A stretch of DNA of 47,488 nt from Pseudoflavonifractor sp. (GTDB taxonomy: Bacteria > Bacillota > Clostridia > Oscillospirales > Oscillospiraceae). Shown piece after piece: positions 30,958-41,059 of this stretch. The position numbers were made by a program, and so were the translations under genes. Under the pieces are notes generated by a model that saw only the letters and a list, made by a program, of their open reading frames with translations, had not been told where the DNA came from and searched no databases. Numbering within the stretch: the stretch's first letter is position 1; each line of letters opens with the position of its first letter. The stretch spans positions 1-47,488 of the forward strand of contig DATMXU010000211.1 of assembly GCA_035562355.1 (NCBI GenBank), read 5' to 3'.

Positions 30958-32063
30958 ACCGTCACCACCGAAATGGCCGAGACCATGGAGATGAGCAGGA
31001 GGAGGGCGCTGGCCCCCGTCATGCCCAGCACCAGGCCGAAGGCCCCGCCGATATTGTCGATGAGCCCCGCCACCCGGCCGCCGGACACCGTAGCCGTGAG
31101 GGCCGCGGCTGCCTTATAGGTCAGGTAGTGGATGCCCAGATAGAGGAACGGGACGACGCACATGCCCAGCACCGTCAGCATGCCGAACACCCCTACGGCG
31201 TTGCGCAGGATGCCCGCGCCGGCAAGGACGGTCTCTGCCGCGTCGGACAGAATGCTCCCCACCACCGGCACCACGCTGGATACCGTGAATTTGGCCGCCT
31301 TGATGGTAGCCGCGTCGGCGGTGCCGGAGATGACGCCGCTCACCGTCAGGTAGCCTACAAAGACCAAAAGCACGGTGGTCAGCAGCAGAGTCACGCCCCA
31401 TTTGAGCGTGGCGCTGATGCGCTTGAGCCCCTCGTTCCCCAGGGCGGCGTAGGCGGTGCAGGCGGCCACATAGACGTAGACCAGGGGCAGGAGCAGCCGG
31501 CTGATGAGGGTGAGGAGCAAATCGGAGAAGAGCATGGTGGCAAGCTGACGGGCCACCGCGCCGCCCGGCGAGCCGCTTGCGGCTGCCGCCGCCGTGATGG
31601 TGGGCAGGAGGACCTTGGAGAAGGTCTCCATATCCTCCAGCACCTCGCGGCCTAGGCCGATGAGTGAGTTCACGTCGGCCACCGCCACCGCCGCCACCGC
31701 CAGCGCGCCCGCCACCGCCACCACGTCCAGCCCCGTCTTGCCCAGCGCGCCGTACATGCCGTCCGCCAGGCCGCAGAGCAGCACGATGACAAGGAGGATC
31801 ACCCCGCTGTGCACCGCTTTGCGCACCGCGCCGGGGAAACGGTCGCTGCCGGTGCTCAAAATATTCTGGATCCCCGCGTCCAGGTCGATATCGGGGGCAA
31901 AACCCTGGCCGGGGGCGTATTCCCCCGCCGCCTGCTCCAGGCCTGCGCCGTCCAGCGCGTCGGCCTGGGAGGAGGCCACATCCTGTAGATCGGACGCCGA
32001 GGCCGCCCCCGCTAGGAGGAGGGCCAGGGCGAGAAAAAGCAAAAAATACCGTATTTTTTTCAT
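30954..32063 (-). CDS. spoIIIAE: Stage III sporulation protein AE
   Basis: Polytopic; VPVVG..LSDA..LRNAVG motif. Confidence 0.92.
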   Translation of the reverse strand: MKKIRYFLLFLALALLLAGAASASDLQDVASSQADALDGAGLEQAAGEYAPGQGFAPDIDLDAGIQNILSTGSDRFPGAVRKAVHSGVILLVIVLLCGLADGMYGALGKTGLDVVAVAGALAVAAVAVADVNSLIGLGREVLEDMETFSKVLLPTITAAAAASGSPGGAVARQLATMLFSDLLLTLISRLLLPLVYVYVAACTAYAALGNEGLKRISATLKWGVTLLLTTVLLVFVGYLTVSGVISGTADAATIKAAKFTVSSVVPVVGSILSDAAETVLAGAGILRNAVGVFGMLTVLGMCVVPFLYLGIHYLTYKAAAALTATVSGGRVAGLIDNIGGAFGLVLGMTGASALLLLISMVSAISVVTV

Positions 32064-32070
32064 AAGTACC

Positions 32071-32457
32071 TCACAGCAGTCCCATTACCATGTCCAACAC
32101 CGCCCGTACCAGCGGCAGCGCCACGAAGAGGGCGCAGGCCGCTCCCGCCGTCTCCAGAAAGGAGGCGATGCCTCCCTCCTTCGCGTCCCGGCACACCTCC
32201 GCCGACACGTGGGTGACGATGGCGATCCCCACCGTCTTGATGACGGGGGCCAGTACCGCGGGCTCCAGTCCCGCCGTATCCGCCAGCATATCCAGCAGGT
32301 CCCGGGCACTCTCGATGGCCCCCAGCGCGTAGGAGAGCAGGAGAACCCCCGCCGTCAGCGCCAACACCAGTCCCAGCTCCTGCACGTTTTTCTTCACCAC
32401 CACCGCGCAGATGGCCGAGATGATGGCTATCGCAGCCAGTTTCAGGATGTCCGTCAT
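32071..32457 (-). CDS. spoIIIAD: Stage III sporulation protein AD
   Basis: KTVGIA..AEVCRDA.E.GIA motif. Confidence 0.92.
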   Translation of the reverse strand: MTDILKLAAIAIISAICAVVVKKNVQELGLVLALTAGVLLLSYALGAIESARDLLDMLADTAGLEPAVLAPVIKTVGIAIVTHVSAEVCRDAKEGGIASFLETAGAACALFVALPLVRAVLDMVMGLL

Positions 32458-32648
32458 AGCCCAAAGAGGTTCTTCACCAGGACGAACAGGTCGCTGATCT
32501 CCTGCACCACCATCATGAGTACCACGACCAGCCCGGCGAGGGTGGTCATGGTGGCCTGTTCCTCCCGGCCCGAGCGGGTGAGCACCTGGTTGAGCACCGA
32601 GACGAGGATACCGATAGCAGCTATTTTAAAAATCAAATCCACATTCAT
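32454..32648 (-). CDS. spoIIIAC: Stage III sporulation protein AC
   Basis: IFKIAAIGILV..SGREEQA.MTTLAG. Confidence 0.95.
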   Translation of the reverse strand: MNVDLIFKIAAIGILVSVLNQVLTRSGREEQATMTTLAGLVVVLMMVVQEISDLFVLVKNLFGL

Positions 32649-32706
32649 AACGATTCCCTTTCCCTCTCTGGAGCTGTCCGCCGCCCGGCGGCCAAGGGGG
32701 TTAGTT

Positions 32707-33219
32707 TCACAGCAGTAAAATTACGAGGAGCGCTCCGACGGACAGGCCCAGCGCGCCGTAGACCCGGCCCAGCCGGGTCCGCTCCTCGGCGGCGGAGGTA
32801 AGGCACTGACCGAGCCGGGCCTGGGCCAGTGCCAGAGCCTCGCCCTGCCCCTCGCCGTCGTACCGGCCCAGTATCCCGCCCAGCTCCCTGAGGATCAGCA
32901 GGTCCTCCTGGCCCAGGTCCATGGGGACGGACTCAAGCGCCTCGTTCCAGAGGTCGGACAGGGTCCGCTCGCCCAGGTCGGAGAGACCGTCCAAACAGCG
33001 GGCGAAAAAGGCGCTGACCGGCGGCTGGGTCTGCTTTGCCAGCCGCTCCAGCAGGGCGGGCATGGGAGTCAGGCGAAAGGCGAGCTCCCGCTCCAAAAGC
33101 TCCAACGCCCCCAGTAAGGTACGCAGAGTCCTGACCCGCCGCTCCAGCCGGGCGGTGGCCGAAAAGCCCAGGTAGGCCGCGCCGCCCGCCAGCAGGAAGG
33201 ACCCCATCAGCTTGAGCAT
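32707..33219 (-). CDS. spoIIIAB: Stage III sporulation protein AB
   Basis: MLKLMG start, LTPMP, LGRYD, C-terminal TM. Confidence 0.9.
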   Translation of the reverse strand: MLKLMGSFLLAGGAAYLGFSATARLERRVRTLRTLLGALELLERELAFRLTPMPALLERLAKQTQPPVSAFFARCLDGLSDLGERTLSDLWNEALESVPMDLGQEDLLILRELGGILGRYDGEGQGEALALAQARLGQCLTSAAEERTRLGRVYGALGLSVGALLVILLL

Positions 33220-34148
33220 AGCGCCGCCTCCAGTCTTGCCACCCGATAGCGCCGCGCCGCGCCCTGCCAACCGATGGTGATCACCCGGCGGAAGATGTTT
33301 TGCTCCAGAAGTCTGCGGTACAGGGGGCGTTCCCGCAGGTCGTCCAGATTCTCCCCGTGGGCGGTGGCCAGGAGAATGACGCCGCAGTTGGCCGCCATCT
33401 CCAGCGCCGCGCAGTCGGCCGGGGCAGTGATCTCGTCGGCGGCCAGCACCTGGGGATTCATCCCCCGCAGGAGCATAAGGAGCCCCGCGTCCTTTGGGCA
33501 GCCGTCCATCACGTCGGTATGCCGCCCCACATCGAACTGCGGCAGGCCCTCGTACATGGCGGCCAGCTCGCCCCGCTCATCGGCCACGCCCACCCGCAGA
33601 GGGGGCGTCCCCTCCCCGTCCGAGATCACGCGGATGAGGTCGCGAAGGAGGGTGGTCTTGCCCCAGCCGGGGGGCGAGAGGATCAAAGTGCTTTGAAGGG
33701 CCCCCCTGTCGGAGAGCTCGTCCAGCACCTGGGCCGCCGCCCCCTTGGCCGGGTGGGCGATGCGGATGGACAGGGAGGAGAACTGCCGCAGATTGGTCAC
33801 TACGCCCTCCTTCACCACGCCGCTGCCGCAGATGCCGATGCGGTGCCCGCCCCGGACGGTGAAGTAGCCGCCCCGCACCCGGTCCAGGGCGGTATGGGCC
33901 GAGGCCTGGGTGGCGATCTCAAGGACCTGGCCCAAGTCGGCGGAGGTCACTATAGCCTCCCCGCCCCCGGGAGGGGCCTCTTCCCCCTCCGGGTACGCCA
34001 CGGTCATAGGCTTGCCGCAGCGCAGACGGAGCTCCTCCGCCGCCCTCTGCCGTTCCGGCGGAAGCCGCTCCGCCGCACGGCGCAGCGGCGGAGGCAGCAG
34101 CGCCGCCGCCTGCAAAAACCGCCCTGCGCCGTCCATTGTCGTTATCAC
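33207..34148 (-). CDS. spoIIIAA: Stage III sporulation ATPase AA
   Basis: EELRLR, GGHRIG, PPGWGKTTLLRD, DERGE; exact start uncertain (34136-34166). Confidence 0.94.
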   Translation of the reverse strand: MITTMDGAGRFLQAAALLPPPLRRAAERLPPERQRAAEELRLRCGKPMTVAYPEGEEAPPGGGEAIVTSADLGQVLEIATQASAHTALDRVRGGYFTVRGGHRIGICGSGVVKEGVVTNLRQFSSLSIRIAHPAKGAAAQVLDELSDRGALQSTLILSPPGWGKTTLLRDLIRVISDGEGTPPLRVGVADERGELAAMYEGLPQFDVGRHTDVMDGCPKDAGLLMLLRGMNPQVLAADEITAPADCAALEMAANCGVILLATAHGENLDDLRERPLYRRLLEQNIFRRVITIGWQGAARRYRVARLEAALCSS

Positions 34149-34190
34149 GCATCTCACGCTCCTCATTGGTGTAGGTTGCTTTCTGGGACA

Positions 34191-34219
34191 ATCCTATGAG
34201 GGCATGTCCGGGAATATGA
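34191..34219 (-). promoter_or_regulatory. sigma-E promoter of spoIIIA operon
   Basis: TCATATT-N14-CATAGGAT, near consensus; spoIIIA is sigma-E dependent in B. subtilis. Confidence 0.8.
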
Positions 34220-34249
34220 ACCCTTGTCCCATTTTCCCGGAATAAAACT

Positions 34250-34283
34250 TTGACGGCCCCGTCCATTTGGACGGGGCCGTCAA
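34250..34283 (-). terminator. Terminator after yebC
   Basis: 16-bp perfect inverted repeat TTGACGGCCCCGTCCA/TGGACGGGGCCGTCAA. Confidence 0.8.
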
Positions 34284-34295
34284 TTTCAGTAACTT

Positions 34296-35024
34296 CTATT
34301 CCTGTTCCCAGTTGTGCCAGACGTTCTGCACGTCGTCGTTCTCCTCCAGGATGTCGATGAGCTTCTCCATGTTCTTGATATCCTCGGGATCGGTGAGTTT
34401 CACATAGGTCTGGGGCACCATCTCCACCTGGGCGGAAATGAATTCATAGCCCTTGTTCTCCAGCGCCTCCAGGACGGAGCCGAAGTCGTCCGGGGCGGTG
34501 GTGATCTCAAAGACCTCGTCGTCGGCCTTCATGTCCTCCGCGCCGGCGTCCAGAGCGTCCATCATGACGGTATCCTCGTCCAGGTCCTCTCTCTCAATGG
34601 CGATGACGCCCTTGCGGTCGAAGGACCAGGACACGCAGCCGGTGGCGCCCAGACCCTTGCCGTACTTATCCAGGTGATGGCGGACCTCGGGGGCGGTGCG
34701 GTTGCGGTTATCGGTCAGCGCCTCGACAATGACGGCCACGCCGGAGGGGCCGTACCCCTCGTAGACCACATTCTCAAAGCTGTCGGAATTGCCCGAACCC
34801 AGGGCCTTTTCAATGGTGCGCTTGATGTTGTCGTTGGGCATGTTGGCCGCCTTGGCCTTGGCGACGACGGTGGCCAGGCGGGAGTTATTGGCGGGGTCTC
34901 CGCTGCCGCCGGCCTTGACCGCCACAATCATCTCGCGGGCAATTTTGGTAAACATCTGGGAGCGCTTGGCATCGGCCGCGCCCTTGGTTTTCTGTATGTT
35001 ATGCCACTTGGAATGTCCAGACAT
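34296..35024 (-). CDS. yebC: YebC/PmpR family protein
   Basis: MSGHSKW, YEGYGP, TDNRNRT, DDVQNVW. Confidence 0.96.
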   Translation of the reverse strand: MSGHSKWHNIQKTKGAADAKRSQMFTKIAREMIVAVKAGGSGDPANNSRLATVVAKAKAANMPNDNIKRTIEKALGSGNSDSFENVVYEGYGPSGVAVIVEALTDNRNRTAPEVRHHLDKYGKGLGATGCVSWSFDRKGVIAIEREDLDEDTVMMDALDAGAEDMKADDEVFEITTAPDDFGSVLEALENKGYEFISAQVEMVPQTYVKLTDPEDIKNMEKLIDILEENDDVQNVWHNWEQE

Positions 35025-35093
35025 ATGTTCTCGTTCCTCTCTCAAAAAGTCGCAACCCAAAGTGTAGCACAATTAACGGCAGGTTTCAACCCC

Positions 35094-35888
35094 TTAGAGG
35101 TAGGAAAATACCTCGTGATGCCGGTTTGAAAGCACAATTTTCACATCCGGGAACCCTTTTTCAAGCCAGTCGGCCAGCACGGGGCAAACCACGTTCTCGG
35201 TGGGAAAATGCCCGGCGTCGATGAGGCTGAGGCCCATGGCCTTGGCCTCCAAAAACTCGTGATAACGCACGTCTGAGGTGACGAAGGCATCGCAGCCCTT
35301 CGCCAGCGCGTCCCCCATCAGGTCGGCGCAGGCGCCGCCGCCCACAGCCACCCGGCGCACAGGCCTGCCGCCGTCTACGTAGCGCACGCCGCCCGCGTCC
35401 AACGCCTCCTTGACAAAGGTGGCAAACTCTGCCGCGCTCCTCTCCCCCGCCGTGTTTCCTACCCGGCCGACGCCGTAGGGTACGCCAGCCGAATCCACGC
35501 CGTCCTGATGGAGCTGCTCAATGCCGGCAAGATTCAGCCGCCGGGCCAGCGCGTCGTTGACGCCGTCCTTCACCGCATCTAAGTTGGTGTGGGCGCAGAT
35601 GGCTGCGATGCGGTGCTCCGCCAGGGCCAGAAGAATCCGGCCTGCGGGCGTGCCGTCGGTGAGGGCCTTGGCCGGATGGAAGATGACCGGGTGGTGGGCA
35701 ATGATTAGCTCCGCGCCAACCCCGGCGGCCTCCCGGACCACCTCCTCGGTGATATCCAGCGCGACCAGGATCCCGGTCACGGTCTGGCCCCCGCGACCAA
35801 CCAGAAAGCCCGCGTTGTCGAAGGACATCTGAAGGCCGAAGGGGGCAAGCTCGTCCAGATACGCGTAGACCTCCGCTACCGTTGCCAT
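35094..35888 (-). CDS. Nif3-like dinuclear metal centre protein
   Basis: DNAG, HHP, HTNLD, AGHFPTE. Confidence 0.94.
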   Translation of the reverse strand: MATVAEVYAYLDELAPFGLQMSFDNAGFLVGRGGQTVTGILVALDITEEVVREAAGVGAELIIAHHPVIFHPAKALTDGTPAGRILLALAEHRIAAICAHTNLDAVKDGVNDALARRLNLAGIEQLHQDGVDSAGVPYGVGRVGNTAGERSAAEFATFVKEALDAGGVRYVDGGRPVRRVAVGGGACADLMGDALAKGCDAFVTSDVRYHEFLEAKAMGLSLIDAGHFPTENVVCPVLADWLEKGFPDVKIVLSNRHHEVFSYL

Positions 35889-36589
35889 GTCTCCCACTCC
35901 TCTCTCATTTTCTTCAGCCCCGCGGCGGCGCGCTCCAGCTCCTCACGCCGGGCGGCGTCCTCGGGCCTTGCGGAGCGGCGTATCCCCGCCACGGCGCGCT
36001 CCGCCCGGCGAACCAGCTTTTCGAGGTACTGCCCGCGGAGAGGGGCATCTATGCCCGGTTCCTGCCGCCCGGCCCAGGCCTCGGCCGGGGTGAGGGGCTC
36101 GTCCCTGCCAGGTGCGACCAGGAAGGTGCTGTAGATGGTTGTTCCCTCACAGGAGAGAAACTCGCGTTCAATGCGAAAGTTGTGGCTGTTGAGCCAGGCG
36201 CGCAGCTCCGGGTGGGCCGTCATGGGCTGAAGGAGAAAGCGGCGCTCCCCCTCCGCCGTCCAGGGGGCGGCGGCGAGGATTTGGGCAATGGTCTCCCCGC
36301 CCATGCCCGCGATGGCGATGGTGTCCGCCTCGTCCGGGCCGATGCGGTCGAGTCCGTCGCACAGGCGAAAGGACATCCGCTCGGCCGCGCCATAGCGCTG
36401 CGCCGTCTGCCGCGCCCGGTCCAAGGGGCCCTCCCGCAGATCGGAGGCGATGGCGCGGCGGATGACACCCTTGAGAATCAGCCAGACCGGCAGATAGGCG
36501 TGGTCGGTGCCCACGTCTGCAAAGCGGGCCCCCGGCGGTACCAGATCGGCCACCGACTGGAGCCGGGGCGAGAGCGCAAAAATCCGCAC
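35876..36589 (-). CDS. trmK: tRNA (adenine22-N1)-methyltransferase
   Basis: DVGTDHAYLP, IAGMGG, LQPM; GTG start after AGGAGG. Confidence 0.93.
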   Translation of the reverse strand: MRIFALSPRLQSVADLVPPGARFADVGTDHAYLPVWLILKGVIRRAIASDLREGPLDRARQTAQRYGAAERMSFRLCDGLDRIGPDEADTIAIAGMGGETIAQILAAAPWTAEGERRFLLQPMTAHPELRAWLNSHNFRIEREFLSCEGTTIYSTFLVAPGRDEPLTPAEAWAGRQEPGIDAPLRGQYLEKLVRRAERAVAGIRRSARPEDAARREELERAAAGLKKMREEWETWQR

Positions 36590-36670
36590 GGCAGGTCCAC
36601 CTCCTTTTTGCGTTGATACGCTGCTATAAGAAGAGAGAGCGGCGCGGGCCGCTCTCAGGCTGTCGATCAA

Positions 36671-36734
36671 TCCACCATCCGAAGGGTTCGGATGGTGGAA
36701 TAGCGTGAAAGGGAACCGTCAGGGTTCCCTTTCA
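36671..36734. terminator. Two tandem hairpins after DUF1858 gene
   Basis: TCCACCATCCGAA/TTCGGATGGTGGA and TGAAAGGGAACC/GGTTCCCTTTCA. Confidence 0.55.
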
Positions 36735-36767
36735 TATGCTGCAAAAGTGCCTTTTGCGCGGCGCCAA

Positions 36768-36974
36768 TTACTTCCTGACGGGGATCAGGGCGTTCAGGGA
36801 CTCAAGCAGCTCTTCTACCTCAACGCCGTGGACCATGCAGGCCTGCTCAACGGTCTCACCGCGGGAAGAGGGACAACCCAGGCAGTGCATCCCGATGGCG
36901 AGGAAAGCGGGCGCCGTCTCAGGGGCTACATCGAGGATGTCGCCGATAATGGTGTCCTTTGTGATCTGAACCAT
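36768..36974 (-). CDS. DUF1858 domain protein
   Basis: GMHCLGCP...ET...AC.VHG; own TTGAAA-N17-TATACT promoter at 37009-37037. Confidence 0.92.
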   Translation of the reverse strand: MVQITKDTIIGDILDVAPETAPAFLAIGMHCLGCPSSRGETVEQACMVHGVEVEELLESLNALIPVRK

Positions 36975-37187
36975 AATGGTAAACCTCCAAAATATCTAGG
37001 ATAAGAGTAGTATATCCCAACTTGTCCGATTTTTCAAGAGGCATCCTCTTTTTATTTCCTACTATTTTATAGGAGAATAGAAAAGGAGACGTTCCGAAGA
37101 ACGCCTCCTTCTGTCCGGCTTTGTCGTGCTTTGCGCCCTCCGCAACGGGCTCTAGACCCTCTGCGCTCAGACGCCCAGCGTTTCCAA

Positions 37188-37469
37188 TTAGCCCTGCTCC
37201 TCGCGCATGCGAGCAAAGCACTCGCTGCAGTACACGGGGCGGTCGGACTTGGGCTCGAAGGGAACCTTCGCCTCACTGCCGCAAGCGGCGCAGGTGGCGG
37301 TGAAGTACTCGCGGGGACCACGGGCGCTGTTCTTGCGGGCATCGCGGCAGCCCTTGCAGCGCTGGGGCTCATTCTGGAAACCGCGCTCTGCATAGAACTC
37401 CTGCTCACCAGCGGTGAACACGAACTCCTGGCCACATTCCTTGCATGTAAGTGTCTTGTCTTCGAACAT
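37188..37469 (-). CDS. Zinc-ribbon / CxxC-x17-CxxC protein
   Basis: DKTLTCKECG..FTAGEQEFY..P.RC..CR, then C..CG..VPF.P...PVYC..C. Confidence 0.92.
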   Translation of the reverse strand: MFEDKTLTCKECGQEFVFTAGEQEFYAERGFQNEPQRCKGCRDARKNSARGPREYFTATCAACGSEAKVPFEPKSDRPVYCSECFARMREEQG

Positions 37470-37545
37470 AGTTTTTTCCCTCTCTTTGACTCGTTTGCCC
37501 AGGCCCGGAAATATCCGACTTTGCTGGGACGGTGTAATATTGCGC

Positions 37546-38184
37546 TCAGCTTACGCTGATGTCGCCAGATTGGAAGTGCTGCGCCAACTTACGCCTGATG
37601 CGCTGGACAGCGTTGTCCACCGATTTCGGGGACCTGTTTACCTCGGCTGCAATCTCGGCATAGGACAGTCCATTCAGATACAGCTCAAGGATTTTCGTTT
37701 CGAAACCGGACAAGTGGCCCTTGAGCACATCCACGCGCTCCTGAAATTCTTCCCTGCCGATCATGATGGCCTCGGGGTCTTCCAGGTGCTGTTGGTCTGT
37801 GCTGTAAGCGCAGCGGTCGGCGTTTCCGTCAAGAGAAGGGGCTGCGAATGAGACATAGGTGTTCAGCGGAGCGTGCTTATCTCTGGATGCCGCCTTGACG
37901 GCGGAGCGTACACGATTTTTGATGCAGACCTCCGCATAGGTGCGAAAAGCGGCGCCCCGCTCCGGCGTGAACATCCGGATTGCGGAGAGTAGCCCCACCA
38001 TCCCCTCCTGAATCAGATCCTCGCTGTCCCCTCCCGCAAGGAAGTAGGGACGGGCGCAGATGCGTACCAAGCGGCGGTAGCGCGTCACGAGCGTCTCTTC
38101 TGCGATGCGGTCGCCTAGCGCGGCCTGCTGACACAGGACTTCGTCCGTGAGGTCGTCCATCAAGGATTTGGAATTTGGTCTCAT
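37546..38184 (-). CDS. sigH: RNA polymerase sigma-H factor
   Basis: YFLAGGDSEDLIQEGMVGL, KH.PLN.Y.S, KSVDNAVQRIRRKL. Confidence 0.92.
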   Translation of the reverse strand: MRPNSKSLMDDLTDEVLCQQAALGDRIAEETLVTRYRRLVRICARPYFLAGGDSEDLIQEGMVGLLSAIRMFTPERGAAFRTYAEVCIKNRVRSAVKAASRDKHAPLNTYVSFAAPSLDGNADRCAYSTDQQHLEDPEAIMIGREEFQERVDVLKGHLSGFETKILELYLNGLSYAEIAAEVNRSPKSVDNAVQRIRRKLAQHFQSGDISVS

Positions 38185-38267
38185 TCCCGAATCTCCTCTA
38201 ATATTAAAGCAGAAAACAGAAAAAATGTCAATAGTTTATGCAAATTAATTTATTCCTGCCGAAAATT

Positions 38268-39623
38268 CTAAAGAAGTTTAATCACATTCACCAAAGTTTC
38301 GGCACAGGCTTTGGCAGTTTCTTCTTCCCTGGCCTCCACCATCACGCGGACCAGCGCCTCGGTACCCGAGGGGCGCACCAGCACCCGCCCGTCGCCGCCC
38401 AAGAGGTCCTCCTGCGCGGCCACGGCATGGCGCAGTGCCTCGGAGGACATGATCTCGGTCTTCTTCGCGCTGTCGGCCACGCTCACGTTGATCAGCACCT
38501 GTGGAAAACGCCTGCAATCCCCGGCCAGGTCGCTGGCCTTCCGGCCCGAGCGGTACAGGAGCCGGAGGAGCTGGAGCGCGGTGAGCTGTCCGTCCCCGGT
38601 GGTGGCATGAGCGCGGAAGATCATGTGGCCCGACTGCTCCCCGCCCAGCCGGTAGCCGCACTCCTCCATCTTCTCCAGCACGTTGCGGTCCCCCACGTCG
38701 GTGCAGAAAAGCTTGAGGCCGTTCTCCCGGCAGAAGACGTGGAGACCCAGATTTGACATGACGGTGGCAACCACCGTGTCGCCGGGGAGCTCTCCCCTGC
38801 TCTTCAGGTCCCGGCCGCACAGAGCCATGACCTGGTCGCCGTCGATGAGATTGCCCTCCTCGTCGCAGGCGAGGCAGCGGTCGGCGTCCCCGTCAAAGGC
38901 CAGCCCCAGGTCATACCCGCCCGCCTTCACCATGGTGCACAGCCCCTCCATGTGGGTGGAGCCGCACAGCGCGTTGATGTTCACCCCGTCGGGGTCGGCA
39001 TTCAGGATGTCGGTGTGGAGCTTTGGAAAACGGTCGAAGAGCCGGGCGGCGGTGGCCGCCGCCGCGCCGTTGGCGCAGTCCACCAGAATGCGCATCCCGG
39101 TGAAGTTGTCCTCCGCCACTGAGGAGACCAGGTGGTCGATGTACTCCTCGGACTGCCGCTGGTCGGCATAGGTCACTTTGCCGATGTCCCCATGGGTCTT
39201 GAGGGGAATAGGGGCGTCGGAGAGGAGAATGGACTCGATCTCCTCCTCCAGCGCGTCGGACAGCTTAAAGCCCTGGCCGTTGAAGATTTTGATGCCGTTG
39301 TGCTCGAAGGGGTTGTGGGACGCGGAGATGACCACGCCCGCCTGGGCGCCCGAATGGACGGTGAGATAGGCCACGGCGGGGGTGGGGATGACGCCCAGAT
39401 GCAGCACGTCTGCCCCGGCGGAGCACAGCCCCGCGATGAGGGCGCCCTCCAGCAGGTCGGAGGAGATGCGGGTATCCTTGCCGATGGTGACCAGAGGACG
39501 GGTCCCGTGGCTCTCCTCCGCCAGGACAATGGCGGCCGCCTGGCCCACCCTGAAAGCAAGCTGCGCGTCCAGCGTTACGTTGACGACCCCTCGGATGCCG
39601 TCGGTACCAAAAAGTTTTCCCAT
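38268..39623 (-). CDS. glmM: Phosphoglucosamine mutase
   Basis: FGTDGIRG, SASHNP, DGDADR, GGEQSGH, RPSGTE. Confidence 0.96.
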   Translation of the reverse strand: MGKLFGTDGIRGVVNVTLDAQLAFRVGQAAAIVLAEESHGTRPLVTIGKDTRISSDLLEGALIAGLCSAGADVLHLGVIPTPAVAYLTVHSGAQAGVVISASHNPFEHNGIKIFNGQGFKLSDALEEEIESILLSDAPIPLKTHGDIGKVTYADQRQSEEYIDHLVSSVAEDNFTGMRILVDCANGAAAATAARLFDRFPKLHTDILNADPDGVNINALCGSTHMEGLCTMVKAGGYDLGLAFDGDADRCLACDEEGNLIDGDQVMALCGRDLKSRGELPGDTVVATVMSNLGLHVFCRENGLKLFCTDVGDRNVLEKMEECGYRLGGEQSGHMIFRAHATTGDGQLTALQLLRLLYRSGRKASDLAGDCRRFPQVLINVSVADSAKKTEIMSSEALRHAVAAQEDLLGGDGRVLVRPSGTEALVRVMVEAREEETAKACAETLVNVIKLL

Positions 39624-39644
39624 AAAGTTAGCTCCATTCCTATG

Positions 39645-40691
39645 TCAAAATTCCATCTGTTCCTGGCCCAAAAAGGGGATGTGCAGGTGTTCATACGCCT
39701 TTCGGGTGACGCAGCGGCCCCGGGGCGTGCGGGTGAGAAAGCCCATCTGCATGAGATAGGGCTCGTACACGTCCTCCAGGGTCACGGCCTCCTCATTGAT
39801 GGTGGCGGCCAGGGTCTCCAGCCCAACGGGGCCGCCGGCGTAGTTCTCGATGATGCTGGCGAGCATGCGGCGGTCCACCGCGTCCAGGCCCAGGAAATCC
39901 ACCTCCAGGGCCGAGAGGGCCAGGTCCGCCACGCCCCGGGTGATGACGCCCCCCGCCCTGACCTGGGCGAAGTCCCGCACCCGGCGGAGCATCCGGTTGG
40001 CGATACGGGGCGTCCCCCGGCTCCGCTTGGCGATCTCTACCGCCCCCTCGTCCTCGATGGGCACGTTCAGGATGCCCGCGCTGCGCCTGACGATAAGTGC
40101 CAGCTCCTCGGCGGTATAGAGCTCCAGCCGGAGCGTAACGCCAAAGCGGTCCCGCAGGGGGGCCGAGAGCTGCCCGGCCCGGGTGGTGGCGCCGATCAAG
40201 GTGAACTTGGGCAGGTCCAGCCGGATTGAGTTGGCCGAGGGGCCCTTGCCGATGATGATGTCGATGACGTAGTCCTCCATGGCGGGGTACAAAATCTCCT
40301 CCACCGCCCGGTTCAGGCGGTGGATCTCGTCCACAAAGAGGATGTCGTTCTCATTGAGGTTGGTGAGCAGGGCCGCCAGATCTCCCGGCTTTTCAATGGC
40401 AGGGCCGGAGGTGATGCGGATATTGACCCCCATCTCATTGGCGATGATGCCGGAGAGGGTGGTCTTGCCCAGCCCGGGAGGGCCGTGGAGGAGCACGTGG
40501 TCCAGAGACTCGCCCCGCATCTTGGCGGCCTCGATGAAGATGGACAGGTTCCCCTTGGCCTTCTCCTGGCCGATGTACTCCGACAGGGCCTTGGGGCGGA
40601 GGGAGTACTCGCTGTCGTCCTCCCGCAGGAGGGTGGTGGCGACGAGAGGCTCCTCGGTCTCAAACCCGTCGGCGGAAAAATCGATACTCAA
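39645..40691 (-). CDS. ruvB: Holliday junction helicase RuvB
   Basis: [25 protein letters not shown]. Confidence 0.98.
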   Translation of the reverse strand: MSIDFSADGFETEEPLVATTLLREDDSEYSLRPKALSEYIGQEKAKGNLSIFIEAAKMRGESLDHVLLHGPPGLGKTTLSGIIANEMGVNIRITSGPAIEKPGDLAALLTNLNENDILFVDEIHRLNRAVEEILYPAMEDYVIDIIIGKGPSANSIRLDLPKFTLIGATTRAGQLSAPLRDRFGVTLRLELYTAEELALIVRRSAGILNVPIEDEGAVEIAKRSRGTPRIANRMLRRVRDFAQVRAGGVITRGVADLALSALEVDFLGLDAVDRRMLASIIENYAGGPVGLETLAATINEEAVTLEDVYEPYLMQMGFLTRTPRGRCVTRKAYEHLHIPFLGQEQMEF

Positions 40692-41044
40692 AAGTCTTCT
40701 CCCCTCCCGGAGCAGTAGTCCTCCGCGATCTCACGCAGGCAATCCAAAAAGGATTCCTCGCCAAAGGTGTTGATTTTGAAGAGGACGGCCTGACTGCCGC
40801 CCGAGGTGATGGCGGACAGGAAGAGCCGGTCTCCGTTTCCGACCAAAGTGACGTTCAGGCTGACCCGGTTGCCGCCCAGCATGCTGTACCGCTCGTAGAC
40901 CCGCACGGCACAGCGGACGCTGCCCTCCGTGAGGTCGCTGCCGTCCTCATAGCTGGCGGAGAGGCTTCCGCGCAGGATACCGTCCTCGATCCGGTACAGC
41001 AGCGCGTCAAAATCCCCGCTGAGGGAACACTCGTATTTTGCCAT
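40688..41044 (-). CDS. Conserved hypothetical protein (DUF6054-like)
   Basis: VYERYS..GNRVSL..ITSGGSQ..INTFGEE pattern; ATG with SD, overlaps ruvB start. Family name from memory. Confidence 0.75.
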   Translation of the reverse strand: MAKYECSLSGDFDALLYRIEDGILRGSLSASYEDGSDLTEGSVRCAVRVYERYSMLGGNRVSLNVTLVGNGDRLFLSAITSGGSQAVLFKINTFGEESFLDCLREIAEDYCSGRGEDF

Positions 41045-41059
41045 ATCGCTTACGCCCTC

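Noticed and set aside
35019-35030. GAAC-ATAT-GTCT LexA-like box at the yebC start
   Set aside because: Two mismatches, and partly dictated by the ATG-TCT codons.
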